From an uncultured Gammaproteobacteria bacterium (GTDB lineage: Bacteria; Patescibacteriota; Microgenomatia; Levybacterales; UBA12049), in NCBI GenBank assembly GCA_964540925.1, contig CAZIOR010000003.1, positions 9,634 through 50,083 on the forward strand: DNA of 40,450 nt, read 5' to 3'. Made by a program: the position numbers and the translations under genes. The notes beneath the pieces are model-generated. The model did not search any database, was not told the origin of the DNA, and saw nothing but the letters and a program-made list of their open reading frames with translations. This document shows positions 1 to 9,485 of the stretch, in pieces; within the stretch, counting starts at the first letter, position 1; each line of letters begins with the position of its first letter.

Positions 1-800
1 ATTACATGACCAACTTGATAAACATCTATTTTCTCAGCAGGAATTCCTGCGATATTAAAAAGTTCCAAGAGACCAGCTCTTTTTGTTTTTTGCAATCTTT
101 TTATTCCCTGAGCAACAAAAACTCTATTTGCATTTGTTAAAGGAACCAAGTCTGCAATAGTTGCTAGTACTACTAATTCTAAAAGATTATCTTTTGCATC
201 AATTGGCTCTTTCTTAAGCTCTTTTGAAAGAATATAACCAACTCCTGCTCCACAAAGTTTTGTTGTGTGCACAATTGAATATGCCTTAGGCAAAGTTTTT
301 GCAGCTACATGGTGATCAGTAATAATAACTTCTATATTCTTTTTAGCAGCATATTCAACTGCAGAATTTGCAACAATTCCATTATCTACTGTAATGATTA
401 ACTTAGTATCAGGACTTGTTTGTAAAACATTATCGATTCCTGCCTCAGACAAACCATATCCCTCATCAAATCGATTAGGAATATAGGGCAGGACTTTTGC
501 ACCTAGTTTGTTTAAGGTTTCCCACAAGATCGCACTACCGCAGATTCCATCTACGTCATAATCACCAAAAACAATAATTTGCTCTTTATTTTCAATTGCC
601 TTATTGATGCGAGCAATTGATTTCTCAAGCTCTTTAGTGTCAAGATCTAGTGATTTAAGGCTAATACTGGAAAAAGCGGGATTTAAAAATTCTTCTTTTT
701 CTTTTTTTGATTTTATTCCCCTATTTTCTAAAAGAATATGAACAATTTGCTCTTTAGTAAGCTTACTAGTTTCTGAGTTGAGTAGGTTCCATTTTTTCAT
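1..800 (-). CDS. recJ: Single-stranded-DNA-specific exonuclease RecJ, N-terminal part (gene runs off the window start)
   Basis: Absent from the ORF track because it is truncated. My reverse-complement translation from ATG 800-798 gives MKKWNLLNSETSKLTKEQIVHILLENRGI... DHH-family motifs were read directly: IIVFGDYDVDGIC (rc of about 541-600) and VIITDHHVAA (rc of about 301-330). Confidence 0.85.
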   Translation of the reverse strand, partial: MKKWNLLNSETSKLTKEQIVHILLENRGIKSKKEKEEFLNPAFSSISLKSLDLDTKELEKSIARINKAIENKEQIIVFGDYDVDGICGSAILWETLNKLGAKVLPYIPNRFDEGYGLSEAGIDNVLQTSPDTKLIITVDNGIVANSAVEYAAKKNIEVIITDHHVAAKTLPKAYSIVHTTKLCGAGVGYILSKELKKEPIDAKDNLLELVVLATIADLVPLTNANRVFVAQGIKRLQKTKRAGLLELFNIAGIPAEKIDVYQVGHV

Positions 801-810
801 TTAATTTCTT

Positions 811-822
811 TGCTATACTATA
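811..822. promoter_or_regulatory. Overlapping divergent -10 boxes in the 27-nt recJ/cca intergenic spacer
   Basis: Plus strand: TGcTATACT (811-819), then 8 nt to ATG 828. Minus strand: TGgTATAGT (825-817), then 16 nt to ATG 800. No Shine-Dalgarno is visible before either start. Confidence 0.4.
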
Positions 823-827
823 CCAAG

Positions 828-2198
828 ATGGCTAATATTATTCCACAAGAAATCATTGATATTTATAGAAAAATTGAGAATGCTAAGTTCGAAGTATATT
901 TTGTTGGTGGATCGGTTAGAAATCTAATGCTCAAGAGAGAAATTAAGGACTGGGACTTAACTACTAATGCGACCCCTGAAGAAATATTAAAGATTTTTCC
1001 AAATGGATTTTATGATAATAAATTTGGAACAGTTGGTGTCCCTTTTGAATTAGAAGGTGTTCAAAAAATTGCTGAAATAACTACATACAGGACTGAATTT
1101 GGATATTCAGACAAAAGACATCCTGAAGTTGTTGCTTGGGGTAAATCTATTGAAGAGGATTTACAAAGAAGAGACTTTACCATTAATGCCATTGCCCTGA
1201 AACTAACTGACAAAAATAATTCCTTTGAATTAACTGATCCATATAATGGTGAGGGAGATTTAAAGAAAAAAGTTATAAAAGCAGTTGGGGATCCTAACTT
1301 AAGATTTAAAGAAGATGCCTTAAGGCTTATTAGAGCAATTAGAATTGCAACTGAACTTGAATTTAAAATAGAAAATAATACTTGGAAAAAAATTATTGAA
1401 GATGCACAGCTTATTGAAAATGTCTCCTACGAAAGAATAACCGCAGAACTATTTAGGATCTTAAAATCTGATAACGCATATGAAGGAATTATGCTTTTAC
1501 ATGCAAGTGGACTCTTAAAACACATCCTGCCTGAGCTATTACAAGGAATAGGAGTTTCACAAAAAAGACCAGGTAGACACCATACTGATGATGTTTTTAC
1601 ACACAATGTTTTATCATTAAAATTTTGTCCATCAAAAGATCCTATCGTCAAATTTGCTACCTTAATACACGATGTTGGCAAGCCAAACGTAATGTCTAAA
1701 GACAAAGATGGCTTAGTCATCTTCCATAACCATGAAGTAGAAGGAGCAAGGCTTGCTTACGAAATATGCTTAAGACTCAAACTTTCTAAAAAAGACAGAG
1801 AAAAAATTGTCAATTTAATTCGATGGCACATGTTTTCTGTTAATGAAAACCTAACTGATTCTGCCATTCGTAGATTTATTAGAAGAATTGGCGTTAATAA
1901 CGTAAAAGACATGATGGATTTAAGAGTTGGAGATAGGCTCGGCGGCGGAACCCAAACTGCGGAAAGCTGGAGACTAAAATTATTTAAAGAAAAAGTTGAA
2001 AAAGAACTAGGCCCAACTCCCTTTTCAATCAATGATTTAAAGGTTGATGGAAATGATATAATGAATATGTTACAGTTAAAACCAGGTCCCAAAGTTGGGG
2101 ACATATTACAGAAATTATTTGAAGAAGTAGACGAAGATTTATCTAAAAATAATAAAGACTATCTCCTCAAACGAATTAAGGACCTCGCTAAAAACTAG
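828..2198 (+). CDS. cca: CCA-adding enzyme / tRNA nucleotidyltransferase (class II, with HD domain)
   Basis: ORF track 810..2198, trimmed to the first ATG (MANIIPQEI...). Pol-beta-type head (YFVGGSVRNLML, RDFTINAIA) plus C-terminal HD domain (HHTDDVFTHN ... LIHDVGKP). Confidence 0.85.
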   Translation: MANIIPQEIIDIYRKIENAKFEVYFVGGSVRNLMLKREIKDWDLTTNATPEEILKIFPNGFYDNKFGTVGVPFELEGVQKIAEITTYRTEFGYSDKRHPEVVAWGKSIEEDLQRRDFTINAIALKLTDKNNSFELTDPYNGEGDLKKKVIKAVGDPNLRFKEDALRLIRAIRIATELEFKIENNTWKKIIEDAQLIENVSYERITAELFRILKSDNAYEGIMLLHASGLLKHILPELLQGIGVSQKRPGRHHTDDVFTHNVLSLKFCPSKDPIVKFATLIHDVGKPNVMSKDKDGLVIFHNHEVEGARLAYEICLRLKLSKKDREKIVNLIRWHMFSVNENLTDSAIRRFIRRIGVNNVKDMMDLRVGDRLGGGTQTAESWRLKLFKEKVEKELGPTPFSINDLKVDGNDIMNMLQLKPGPKVGDILQKLFEEVDEDLSKNNKDYLLKRIKDLAKN

Positions 2199-2208
2199 AA
2201 CTAAGATT

Positions 2209-3966
2209 ATGGAAAATTCAATTCCTAAAAATCCGTTTCAATTTGGAATTTTTGCATCTAAGAAACATTTAAAATGGGTCATATTCGCCCTGTCTTTTGT
2301 TGTGATCGCAACAGGCATTGGTAGATCTACAGCCTTAATTCTTAAAAACTTAACTGACTCGCTTTCCCATCAACCGCTAGTTTTTAACGACATTTGGTTT
2401 TGGGCGATTGCCTATCCTTTAGTTGATTTTATCGCAGGTCTTTGTTGGAGAATGAGCGGCTTTACAGGTATGCGCTGGTTTATGAATTTTAGATTTACTG
2501 CTTATGAATCTTTATATAAATATATAACTCTTCACAGCAAGGATTATTTCAACAGTAGATTTGCAGGAAGCTTAACTAATAAAATTAGTAACGCTGTTGA
2601 TGGAACAGAAAGCATTTTTGAAAATATTTTATGGCAATTTATTCAGCTTTTTATTGGTATTTTTTGGTATATCGTTTTTACAAGCTTAAGTAATCCAATT
2701 TTGGGTCTGATTATCTTTTTGTGGTCAATTATTTTTCTTTCAAGCAACCTTTGGTTTGCTAGAAAAATTCAACCTTTGTCTTATGCTTTTGCAAAATCTT
2801 TATCTACTTTAAAAGGCAGAATTGTAGATTCTTTATCAAACATTTCTCTTGTCCATGAAAGCGCATATCTTGATGAAGAAAGAGATTACATAAAAGAATA
2901 TATTGATAAACAAAGACAAAAAGGCCTATCTGAATGGCAACTTAGCGAATGGATGCTTCTTACCAACAATGTTTTAATTTTAATATTTATGATAGCAATG
3001 ATTGGATCCTCTGTTTATATGTTCCAACATTCAATTGTCTCAATTGGTGTAGTTGTTATGGTCATAGCAATTACTGCAGACTTATCAGGACAACTATTTT
3101 TTATTGGCCATGAAATTAAAAATTCAACTAAATACTTTGGTGAAGCAAGAGAAGGACTTGAGGAAATCTTAAATGAACATTTAATTGTTGACAGTAAAAC
3201 CGCAAAAGAAATTACAATCTTAGATGGAAATATTAATATTGATAAAATAGATTTTGAATACGACAACACAAAAGTTTTTGAAGATTTTTCTCTAAGCATT
3301 CCTAAGGGTCAAAAAATTGGAATAGTTGGTAGAAGCGGTGCTGGAAAAACAACTTTTGTTTCCCTTCTTTTAAGGCATTTTGATCCGCAAAAAGGCCAGA
3401 TCTCAATTGATGGATTTAATATTAAAAATATTAAGCTAGAAAGCTTAAGAAGAGCAATTGCATTTGTTCCACAAGACACAACTCTTTTTCATAGAACAAT
3501 TTTGGAAAATATAAAATATAGCAGTCCTGAAGCAGACGTAGAAGATGTTAAAAAAGCAGCTAAGCTTGCCCAAGCAGATAAGTTTATCCAAAGCTTACCT
3601 GAAAAATACAGTACTATCGTTGGCGAAAGAGGAGTCAAATTATCAGGCGGACAAAGACAAAGAATTGCAATCGCTAGAGCCTTCCTTAAAAAATCTCCTA
3701 TTCTTATTTTAGACGAAGCAACCAGTAGCCTAGACAGTGAAAGCGAAGGCGCAATTCAAGATGCCTTAGAAGAGTTGATGCATGACAAAACTGTTATTGC
3801 AGTAGCACATAGACTTTCTACTTTAAAAAGTATGGATAGGATTATTATTATTGAGAATGGAAAAATTATTGAAGACGGTGTGCCTGAAGAATTGTTAAAA
3901 AATAAAAATGGTGTCTTCAAAAGAATGTGGGATAATCAAGTCAAAGGCTTTATAGACGATGAATAA
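2209..3966 (+). CDS. ABC exporter, fused permease/ATPase (MsbA/ABCB-like type I exporter)
   Basis: N-terminal multi-TM domain followed by an NBD with Walker A GRSGAGKTT, signature LSGGQRQR, Walker B ILILDEATS and H-loop AHRLST. Confidence 0.9.
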   Translation: MENSIPKNPFQFGIFASKKHLKWVIFALSFVVIATGIGRSTALILKNLTDSLSHQPLVFNDIWFWAIAYPLVDFIAGLCWRMSGFTGMRWFMNFRFTAYESLYKYITLHSKDYFNSRFAGSLTNKISNAVDGTESIFENILWQFIQLFIGIFWYIVFTSLSNPILGLIIFLWSIIFLSSNLWFARKIQPLSYAFAKSLSTLKGRIVDSLSNISLVHESAYLDEERDYIKEYIDKQRQKGLSEWQLSEWMLLTNNVLILIFMIAMIGSSVYMFQHSIVSIGVVVMVIAITADLSGQLFFIGHEIKNSTKYFGEAREGLEEILNEHLIVDSKTAKEITILDGNINIDKIDFEYDNTKVFEDFSLSIPKGQKIGIVGRSGAGKTTFVSLLLRHFDPQKGQISIDGFNIKNIKLESLRRAIAFVPQDTTLFHRTILENIKYSSPEADVEDVKKAAKLAQADKFIQSLPEKYSTIVGERGVKLSGGQRQRIAIARAFLKKSPILILDEATSSLDSESEGAIQDALEELMHDKTVIAVAHRLSTLKSMDRIIIIENGKIIEDGVPEELLKNKNGVFKRMWDNQVKGFIDDE

Positions 3967-3971
3967 AATTG

Positions 3972-3980
3972 TGCTATAAT
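3972..3980 (+). promoter_or_regulatory. Extended -10 promoter element for yqeY (leaderless geometry)
   Basis: TGcTATAAT at 3972-3980, with only 6 nt (cctctt) before ATG 3987. It lies just after the ABC exporter stop. Confidence 0.45.
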
Positions 3981-3986
3981 CCTCTT

Positions 3987-4439
3987 ATGACTAAAAGTGA
4001 TCTACAAACAGAGCTAAAAAACTCAATGCTTGCTAAAGACGAAGTAAAAACTTCAGTCTTAAGAATGCTTTTATCTGCTATTAACTACTATGAAATTCAA
4101 AAAGGTGGAGCTGGATATGAAGCGACTGATGAGGATGTTTTAAGTGTAATTGGAGCACAAGCAAAGCAAAGAAGAGATTCTATTGCTGAATACGAAAAAG
4201 CTAATCGACCAGAACTAGTTGAAAAAGAAACTAAAGAATTAGAAATCCTCCAAGTATTTTTACCTGCTCAAATGTCTGAAGAAGAAGTAAAAACACTTGT
4301 ATCTCAAGCAATTTCAGAAACAGGAGCTCAATCAATGGCTGATATGGGAAAAGTTATGTCAGCGCTTATGCCAAAAGTAAAAGGCAAAGCAGATGGTGGA
4401 ATGGTCAGTAATATCGTAAAACAACTACTTACTTCTTAG
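3987..4439 (+). CDS. yqeY: GatB/YqeY domain-containing protein
   Basis: ORF track 3969..4439, trimmed to ATG 3987 (MTKSDLQTELKNSMLAKDEVKTSVLRMLLSAI...). The N-terminal helix pattern, about 150 aa length and ...GKADGGMVSNIVKQLL tail are typical of the YqeY family. Confidence 0.8.
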   Translation: MTKSDLQTELKNSMLAKDEVKTSVLRMLLSAINYYEIQKGGAGYEATDEDVLSVIGAQAKQRRDSIAEYEKANRPELVEKETKELEILQVFLPAQMSEEEVKTLVSQAISETGAQSMADMGKVMSALMPKVKGKADGGMVSNIVKQLLTS

Positions 4440-5333
4440 TCTTTTATTTGTAAATTCTTGCCACACAACTAAAAGTGGTGCTGCATTAAAAATTGATGAG
4501 TAGGTTCCAGAAACTATTCCAATCAAAAGAGCTACTACAAACCATCTAATACTATCTCCTCCAAAAAGAAGTAAAGCAAGTAAAACTAAAACTACTGTAA
4601 AAGATGTATTCAAAGACCTATCAAATGTTTGTAAAATTGAATCGTTAACAATTTTTTCAAATGACTCTCCACCAAATCTTTTTAAATTCTCTCTGATTCT
4701 ATCGAAAACAACAATTGTGTCATGAACTGAAAAACCAATAACAGTTAATACTGCGGTAACAAATAAGCTATCTATTTCAACATTAAAGAAATGTCCTAAA
4801 ATAGAAAACACTCCGATTAATACAAATACATCATGTACTAAAGCTAGGATTGCACTAATGCCAAATTTAAAGCTACTGGCTGGTTTGGGCACTTTTCTAA
4901 ATGACCAAGTAATATACAAAACTATTAATGCAGAAGCGACCAACATTCCTTTTACTGCATTTAAAGTGGTTTCTACTCCAATAACTGGACCGACTGTTTC
5001 AAATTGAGTTTGTTTAAAATCTGAATATTTAGATTTTAAATTATTAATAATATGTGAATCTTTGTTCTGGTCTAAAGGCTTACTCCTAATAAAAATAGTA
5101 TTTTTAGTTGTCTCTATTTGTTGGATTTTAATATTTTCTTTCTGAAACGCTGACTCAACAGTCTTAACGTGACCCTCATCAACTGGCTTAGCAAAAGAAA
5201 AAGTTAATCTGCTTCCTCCAGTAAAATCAATTGATAAGTTTAGTCCATATAAAATTAAAGAAACAATACCAGGAATAATGATTATCCCTGAAATTAAAAA
5301 GTAAATATATTTTTTCTTTCCTAAAATATTCAT
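4425..5333 (-). CDS. secF: Protein-export membrane protein SecF
   Basis: 302 aa, 6-TM pattern, GLNLSIDFTGGS motif. It lies directly downstream of secD with a 1-nt gap. Confidence 0.9.
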   Translation of the reverse strand: MNILGKKKYIYFLISGIIIIPGIVSLILYGLNLSIDFTGGSRLTFSFAKPVDEGHVKTVESAFQKENIKIQQIETTKNTIFIRSKPLDQNKDSHIINNLKSKYSDFKQTQFETVGPVIGVETTLNAVKGMLVASALIVLYITWSFRKVPKPASSFKFGISAILALVHDVFVLIGVFSILGHFFNVEIDSLFVTAVLTVIGFSVHDTIVVFDRIRENLKRFGGESFEKIVNDSILQTFDRSLNTSFTVVLVLLALLLFGGDSIRWFVVALLIGIVSGTYSSIFNAAPLLVVWQEFTNKRLRSK

Positions 5334-5334
5334 T

Positions 5335-6663
5335 TTATTTATAAACTGCTCTTAAAAATGTTCTAGTAACAACAATTGCACTAAACATTGAAACTAAAAC
5401 TCCAATAGCAAGTACTAATGCAAAACCTTTAACAATTCCTGTTCCAAAACTATATAATACAAAACTTGTAATCAAAGTGGAAATATTAGAATCTCTAATT
5501 GAAGTCCAAGCTCTTGAGAAGCCTAGTTCAATTGCCATTGATTTAGATTTTCCTGATCTTATTTCTTCCTTCATTCTTTCAAAAATTAAGATATTAGCAT
5601 CAACCGCCATTCCAATAGATAATATAAAACCAGCAATTCCGGAAAGAGTCAGGGTTATTCCGAATGGAGAAATAGAACTAAGTTTAAAAATTGCTAAATT
5701 AAAGATGGCATATAAAAGTAAAGCAAGAGATGCAACCGCACCAAGTCTTCCATATAAAACACACATAAAGATTACAATAATTACAAAACCCAAAATTCCC
5801 GCAAACAAGCTTTTTTCTAGAGATGACGTTCCCAGGGTTGGAGCAATAATACTACTTGAAAGAATCTTTAAAGGAACAGGCAGTGCTCCAGCATTCAACT
5901 GAGTGCTTAGCTGATTAGCAGTATCTGTAGTAAAACCACCTGAGATCACAGCATCTCCGGTTAAGATAGCTTGGTTAACAGTTGGACTTTCAATTATTTG
6001 ATTATCCAAAACTATAGCCAATGGTTTATTAATATTTCTTTTAGTAATATCAGCAAATTTCTTTGCACCTTCTGATGTAAATTGTAGCTGAACCTGAGGC
6101 TTACCGGTATTTTGATCAAAACTTACAGATGTTTGCTTAATGTCTGCTCCTGTTAAATTAGTTTGCTTAAATCCAAGCTGAGCAGCACTAGACGCATTTA
6201 ACTCAGCTGATGAACTTGCTACTTGCTCCCAAAAAGTTAACTGAGCAGTTGTACCAATTAAATCTCTTACCTGCTCAATATCTGTAATACCTGGGAGCTC
6301 AACTATAATTCTATAATCTGAACCAGCTATTGCCGTTTGAACTAAAGGCTCAGAAACTCCAAATAAATTAACACGCTTATCAATAACAACTTTTGCACTA
6401 TTTAAAGCTGCCGTTTTTTGTGAAGAGGCAATCTTAGACATGTCTGCTTGTAAAACCAAACTTGTTCCACCCTCTAAATCTAGACCTTTTCTAAAATCTA
6501 ATTTCTTGTCTATTCCAAATTTCTGGAAAATAAATCCTGGATCAAAACTAACAGTTTTATTGAGAGGTTTAATATTGAAATCTTTAAATGAAGGTAGGTT
6601 TATGAATAAGGAGAAAATGGTTAAGACAATAATTGTCCAAAATAGATATCTTGGGTTTTTCAT
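5335..6663 (-). CDS. secD: Protein-export membrane protein SecD
   Basis: 442 aa with an N-terminal TM, a large periplasmic-type domain (LDLEGGTSLVLQAD, GKPQVQLQFTSEGAKKFADIT) and a C-terminal 5-TM bundle (GIAGFILSIGMAVDANILIFER). Confidence 0.9.
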   Translation of the reverse strand: MKNPRYLFWTIIVLTIFSLFINLPSFKDFNIKPLNKTVSFDPGFIFQKFGIDKKLDFRKGLDLEGGTSLVLQADMSKIASSQKTAALNSAKVVIDKRVNLFGVSEPLVQTAIAGSDYRIIVELPGITDIEQVRDLIGTTAQLTFWEQVASSSAELNASSAAQLGFKQTNLTGADIKQTSVSFDQNTGKPQVQLQFTSEGAKKFADITKRNINKPLAIVLDNQIIESPTVNQAILTGDAVISGGFTTDTANQLSTQLNAGALPVPLKILSSSIIAPTLGTSSLEKSLFAGILGFVIIVIFMCVLYGRLGAVASLALLLYAIFNLAIFKLSSISPFGITLTLSGIAGFILSIGMAVDANILIFERMKEEIRSGKSKSMAIELGFSRAWTSIRDSNISTLITSFVLYSFGTGIVKGFALVLAIGVLVSMFSAIVVTRTFLRAVYK

Positions 6664-7235
6664 GACAACATGCTTTCTTCATCGCCAACAAGCATTACCC
6701 TAGATCCAGATAAAATGGCAGTGATGAACGGATCTCTTTTTTTCTTTCTAAAATCAAATTCCTCTTCAGTCATAACTGTATAATTAATCTCAGTAGTAAG
6801 TCTTTTTTCTTCCTCTCTGACTAAAAGTGCTAATTCCGGCAAGACAACCGTGCCTACAATTAACAAATCTACTTCATCTGGTTGCTCTTTAATTCCTCTT
6901 AAAAATCTTCCGGAAAACATTGCGTACTTTATTTTTCCAAGCTTTACTTTATTTTCTAAAATCTTTCCTCCTAACCCAATATTTTTTGATCCAATTCTAA
7001 GTAAATCAAAATAAAATGGGTAATTTTTAGACATTGAATAATAAACTCTGTTTGCTCTTGGTTCTCTTGTGAGAATACCTTTTTGCTCAAGATATGAAAG
7101 CTCTCTTCTTACTGCATTGATTTCATCTTTGGTGCGTCTTACTAATTCTCTTACGTGGAACATGTCATTTGGATTAGCCAAAAAAACATTTAAAAGTTTT
7201 ACTCTAGATTTTGATGTAATAAGATCTGAAAACAT
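6660..7235 (-). CDS. Winged-helix (ArsR-like) transcriptional regulator with a C-terminal nucleotidyltransferase-like domain
   Basis: N-terminus KSRVKLLNVFLANPNDMFHVRELVRRTKDEINAVRRELSYLEQKGIL fits a wHTH. The C-terminus has DEVDLLIVG, typical of minimal NTase folds. Its stop overlaps the secD start (ATGA). Putative promoter TTGCAG-17-TATATT lies about 27 nt upstream. Confidence 0.6.
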   Translation of the reverse strand: MFSDLITSKSRVKLLNVFLANPNDMFHVRELVRRTKDEINAVRRELSYLEQKGILTREPRANRVYYSMSKNYPFYFDLLRIGSKNIGLGGKILENKVKLGKIKYAMFSGRFLRGIKEQPDEVDLLIVGTVVLPELALLVREEEKRLTTEINYTVMTEEEFDFRKKKRDPFITAILSGSRVMLVGDEESMLS

Positions 7236-7303
7236 AATTTGTTCTTTTTATTTCTGAACATAAATATACAACTATGATGTGAAATCTGCAAGTATTAATT
7301 GCG

Positions 7304-8476
7304 TTATTTTACGTCCAAAACGCCATCGGTCGGAAGAACCGTAAACCAGATTAAGCCTCTGTTGAATTTTATTTCTTTTCCGCTTGCATCAGTGATAATT
7401 GTCCTATCTGTTCTAGATTTTTTAGACCAAGTTGCTTTTATCTCTTCTCCATCTTGAAGCACTACTGCCTTTCCTGTTCCTTTATTTTTATATAAAAGAT
7501 GGACATTGTTTTCATATCCATCATTTGCATGTGACTCTACCATATACATGACCACAATAGTCTTGGCAGTAATTTGTTTTTTCGTGTTTACATCAATATG
7601 TGGAACTCCGCCATTGTTTCTAGCGTAAAGATTAGTTTTGGGATCATATTTCCAATCTACATCATAATCTTTATCTCCCCAGAACTCTATGTGAGCTACT
7701 TGACTTGCGCCCCTATCAGCAACAGGTGCGTCATTTTTAAATGAATATTGGACAAATGTTGTATCCCAAGCTTTACCATCTTCATCAACATTAGTTAATT
7801 TTCTGTTTTTAGCTGCATAATCCCACAAACTTTGCGTTTTGGAATACATAGTATGCTCCGAGGCAACTTCATGACCTTGTCTTGCATCAATCTTCTTATA
7901 AATTGGGAATGGAACACTAAACTGACTTAAATCATTATATAAATGCCAACCATATTGATCTAATTGACCCAATGCATCTGCTGGCCCTGGTTGAGCTGCT
8001 CCTCCTACATGAGCATATAAAGGATTGTTGCCGTATTCTGATATGAAATCAATAAAGTATGTTCTTGCAGATCTAATTGGTCCGATATATTCTCCACCGT
8101 CCTGGCAATAGTAAACAGCTAAAAATCTTGTAATTCCACCCTCAGCAACTATTTCATAAACAACATCTGCTTTGGAAAGACCAGATTGTGGCCTTGACTG
8201 CTCATGATTTTCTGTCATTACACCAAGTGGTCTATGTTTTTGCCACCAAGCTTCTTGCTGCTTTGAATACATTGCCCCATTTAAAGGACATTCTTGAGTT
8301 TTAGGTAAAGTATCGTCAAAACTTACATTACCGCTGCTGGTGACCTTAGGAGCCGATACAGGCGTTGCTATAACACCAGATAGGCCTTGGGAAAAGATAA
8401 AAAAGGAAATACCTGTAGATAAAAAGTATAAAGCTAATGCAGACAGTAAAATAAATAATTTATTGTTATTTTTCAT
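7304..8476 (-). CDS. DUF3048-family secreted/lipoprotein-like protein (YerB-like)
   Basis: N-terminal TM/signal, then RPLGVMTENHEQSRPQSGLSKADVVYEIVAEGGITRFLAVYY. From memory this matches the conserved DUF3048 core. Confidence 0.65.
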   Translation of the reverse strand: MKNNNKLFILLSALALYFLSTGISFFIFSQGLSGVIATPVSAPKVTSSGNVSFDDTLPKTQECPLNGAMYSKQQEAWWQKHRPLGVMTENHEQSRPQSGLSKADVVYEIVAEGGITRFLAVYYCQDGGEYIGPIRSARTYFIDFISEYGNNPLYAHVGGAAQPGPADALGQLDQYGWHLYNDLSQFSVPFPIYKKIDARQGHEVASEHTMYSKTQSLWDYAAKNRKLTNVDEDGKAWDTTFVQYSFKNDAPVADRGASQVAHIEFWGDKDYDVDWKYDPKTNLYARNNGGVPHIDVNTKKQITAKTIVVMYMVESHANDGYENNVHLLYKNKGTGKAVVLQDGEEIKATWSKKSRTDRTIITDASGKEIKFNRGLIWFTVLPTDGVLDVK

Positions 8477-8937
8477 TTAGCAGTAATAGATTCTTTGAGG
8501 GCCTTCTTTTCTTCTTCAGAAAGTTCTAATTCTACTCCTTTTCCATTTGCTACTCTTTTAGCATACCATCTGGTTCCAGCTCTAGAATATAAACCGGAAA
8601 GAATTACTCCTGTATCATTCTTATCTACTAAAGATAGAATGAAACTTTGTTCTCCGCCAGTATCCTTAAAAGGATTAAACCTGACTAAACCAACTTTCTG
8701 AATATGAAAAGTGCCGTCTTTATCTATTCTATCAGAATAGTGCTTTAAGTAGTCAATATCCTTTTTAGAAACTTCCATGTCTTTAACGAGTTCTTCAAGC
8801 ACAGACTTAAGCGTTTTATTACTTACACCATTAGTTAGCCTGTTATAGTGACTAATTATTCTCCAGAAGAAAAATGATAAAGCAGCAAGCCAAACAAAAA
8901 TTACAGCAATTAAAAAAATAAGGAAATTTGCGGGCAT
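8473..8937 (-). CDS. DUF4446-family membrane-anchored protein
   Basis: N-terminal TM plus VGLVRFNPFKDTGGEQSFILSLVDKNDTGVILSGLYSRAGTRWYAKRV, recalled as the DUF4446 signature. ATGA overlap with the downstream gene. Confidence 0.6.
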   Translation of the reverse strand: MPANFLIFLIAVIFVWLAALSFFFWRIISHYNRLTNGVSNKTLKSVLEELVKDMEVSKKDIDYLKHYSDRIDKDGTFHIQKVGLVRFNPFKDTGGEQSFILSLVDKNDTGVILSGLYSRAGTRWYAKRVANGKGVELELSEEEKKALKESITAK

Positions 8938-8948
8938 AATATTTACCT

Positions 8949-8989
8949 ATATTAGCCTCTTGACAGCCTTGCTGTCAATAGTGTAATCT
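8949..8989. promoter_or_regulatory. Back-to-back divergent promoters sharing a palindromic -35 (TTGACAG-N5-CTGTCAA)
   Basis: Plus strand: TTGACA (8960-8965), 18 nt, TAATCT (8984-8989), 11 nt, ATG 9001. Minus strand: TTGACA (8978-8973), 18 nt, TAATAT (8954-8949), 11 nt, ATG 8937. Direct repeat TAGCCTCT at 8953-8960 and 8989-8996. Confidence 0.45.
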
Positions 8990-9000
8990 AGCCTCTATAC

Positions 9001-9273
9001 ATGGCTAAGAAGAGAAAAACACGAGAGCAAAAACTAGCAGCTGACTCTCGCCACAATTTTGAGCACAAAATGGTCATAAATAGCTTCCAAGCTAAACTCA
9101 CTCCTAATAAAAATGTAGCTACAACAGTCCTTAAAAGTGAAAATTTATACCCTTTTCTAGTAAAAGATTTAACTAAAACATTCGCTCTAACAGCTACTAT
9201 AATTGCGGCACAAATAGTTCTTTTCCTCACATTAAAACTACACTTAATTAAGATTCCAGGATTATCTTATTAA
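9001..9273 (+). CDS. Hypothetical small protein with a basic N-terminus and a C-terminal TM helix
   Basis: 90-aa ORF starting MAKKRKTREQKLAAD..., with TM segment TFALTATIIAAQIVLFLTL. No family recognised. Confidence 0.5.
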   Translation: MAKKRKTREQKLAADSRHNFEHKMVINSFQAKLTPNKNVATTVLKSENLYPFLVKDLTKTFALTATIIAAQIVLFLTLKLHLIKIPGLSY

Positions 9274-9295
9274 TTGAAGGGGGGTGAAATATATT

Positions 9296-9439
9296 ATGGC
9301 ATCAATGTATTGCGTAAAATGCAGAGCAAAGAGAGAGGACCCAAATGCAGAAAGAGTTACCATGAAAAATGGTAAACCTGCAATGAAAGGTAAATGCCCA
9401 GTCTGTGGTACAGGAATGTACAAGATCGGCGCAGCCTAA
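9296..9439 (+). CDS. Zinc-ribbon microprotein (DUF5679-like), 47 aa
   Basis: Below the ORF-track size cutoff. I read MASMYCVKCRAKREDPNAERVTMKNGKPAMKGKCPVCGTGMYKIGAA with stop TAA 9437-9439. CxxC...CxxC zinc ribbon. Strong SD GGGGGGTGA (9279-9287) lies 8 nt upstream of the ATG. Confidence 0.75.
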   Translation: MASMYCVKCRAKREDPNAERVTMKNGKPAMKGKCPVCGTGMYKIGAA

Positions 9440-9485
9440 CTTGCTCTTGAAAATCCTTCGAAGGTATTTTCCTTCAAGAGATGAT

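Noticed and set aside
1427-2104. Antisense ORFs 1427..1720 and 1757..2104 inside cca. The same applies to similar shadow ORFs elsewhere in the track, such as 3015..3299, 5477..5902, 13517..14092, 16160..16912, 21151..21432, 24466..24825 and 30106..30414.
   Set aside because: They lie entirely within, and opposite to, genes with strong family signatures. Their translations are low-complexity (Ser/Leu/Phe/Ile-rich), as expected from the reverse strand of AT-rich coding sequence.
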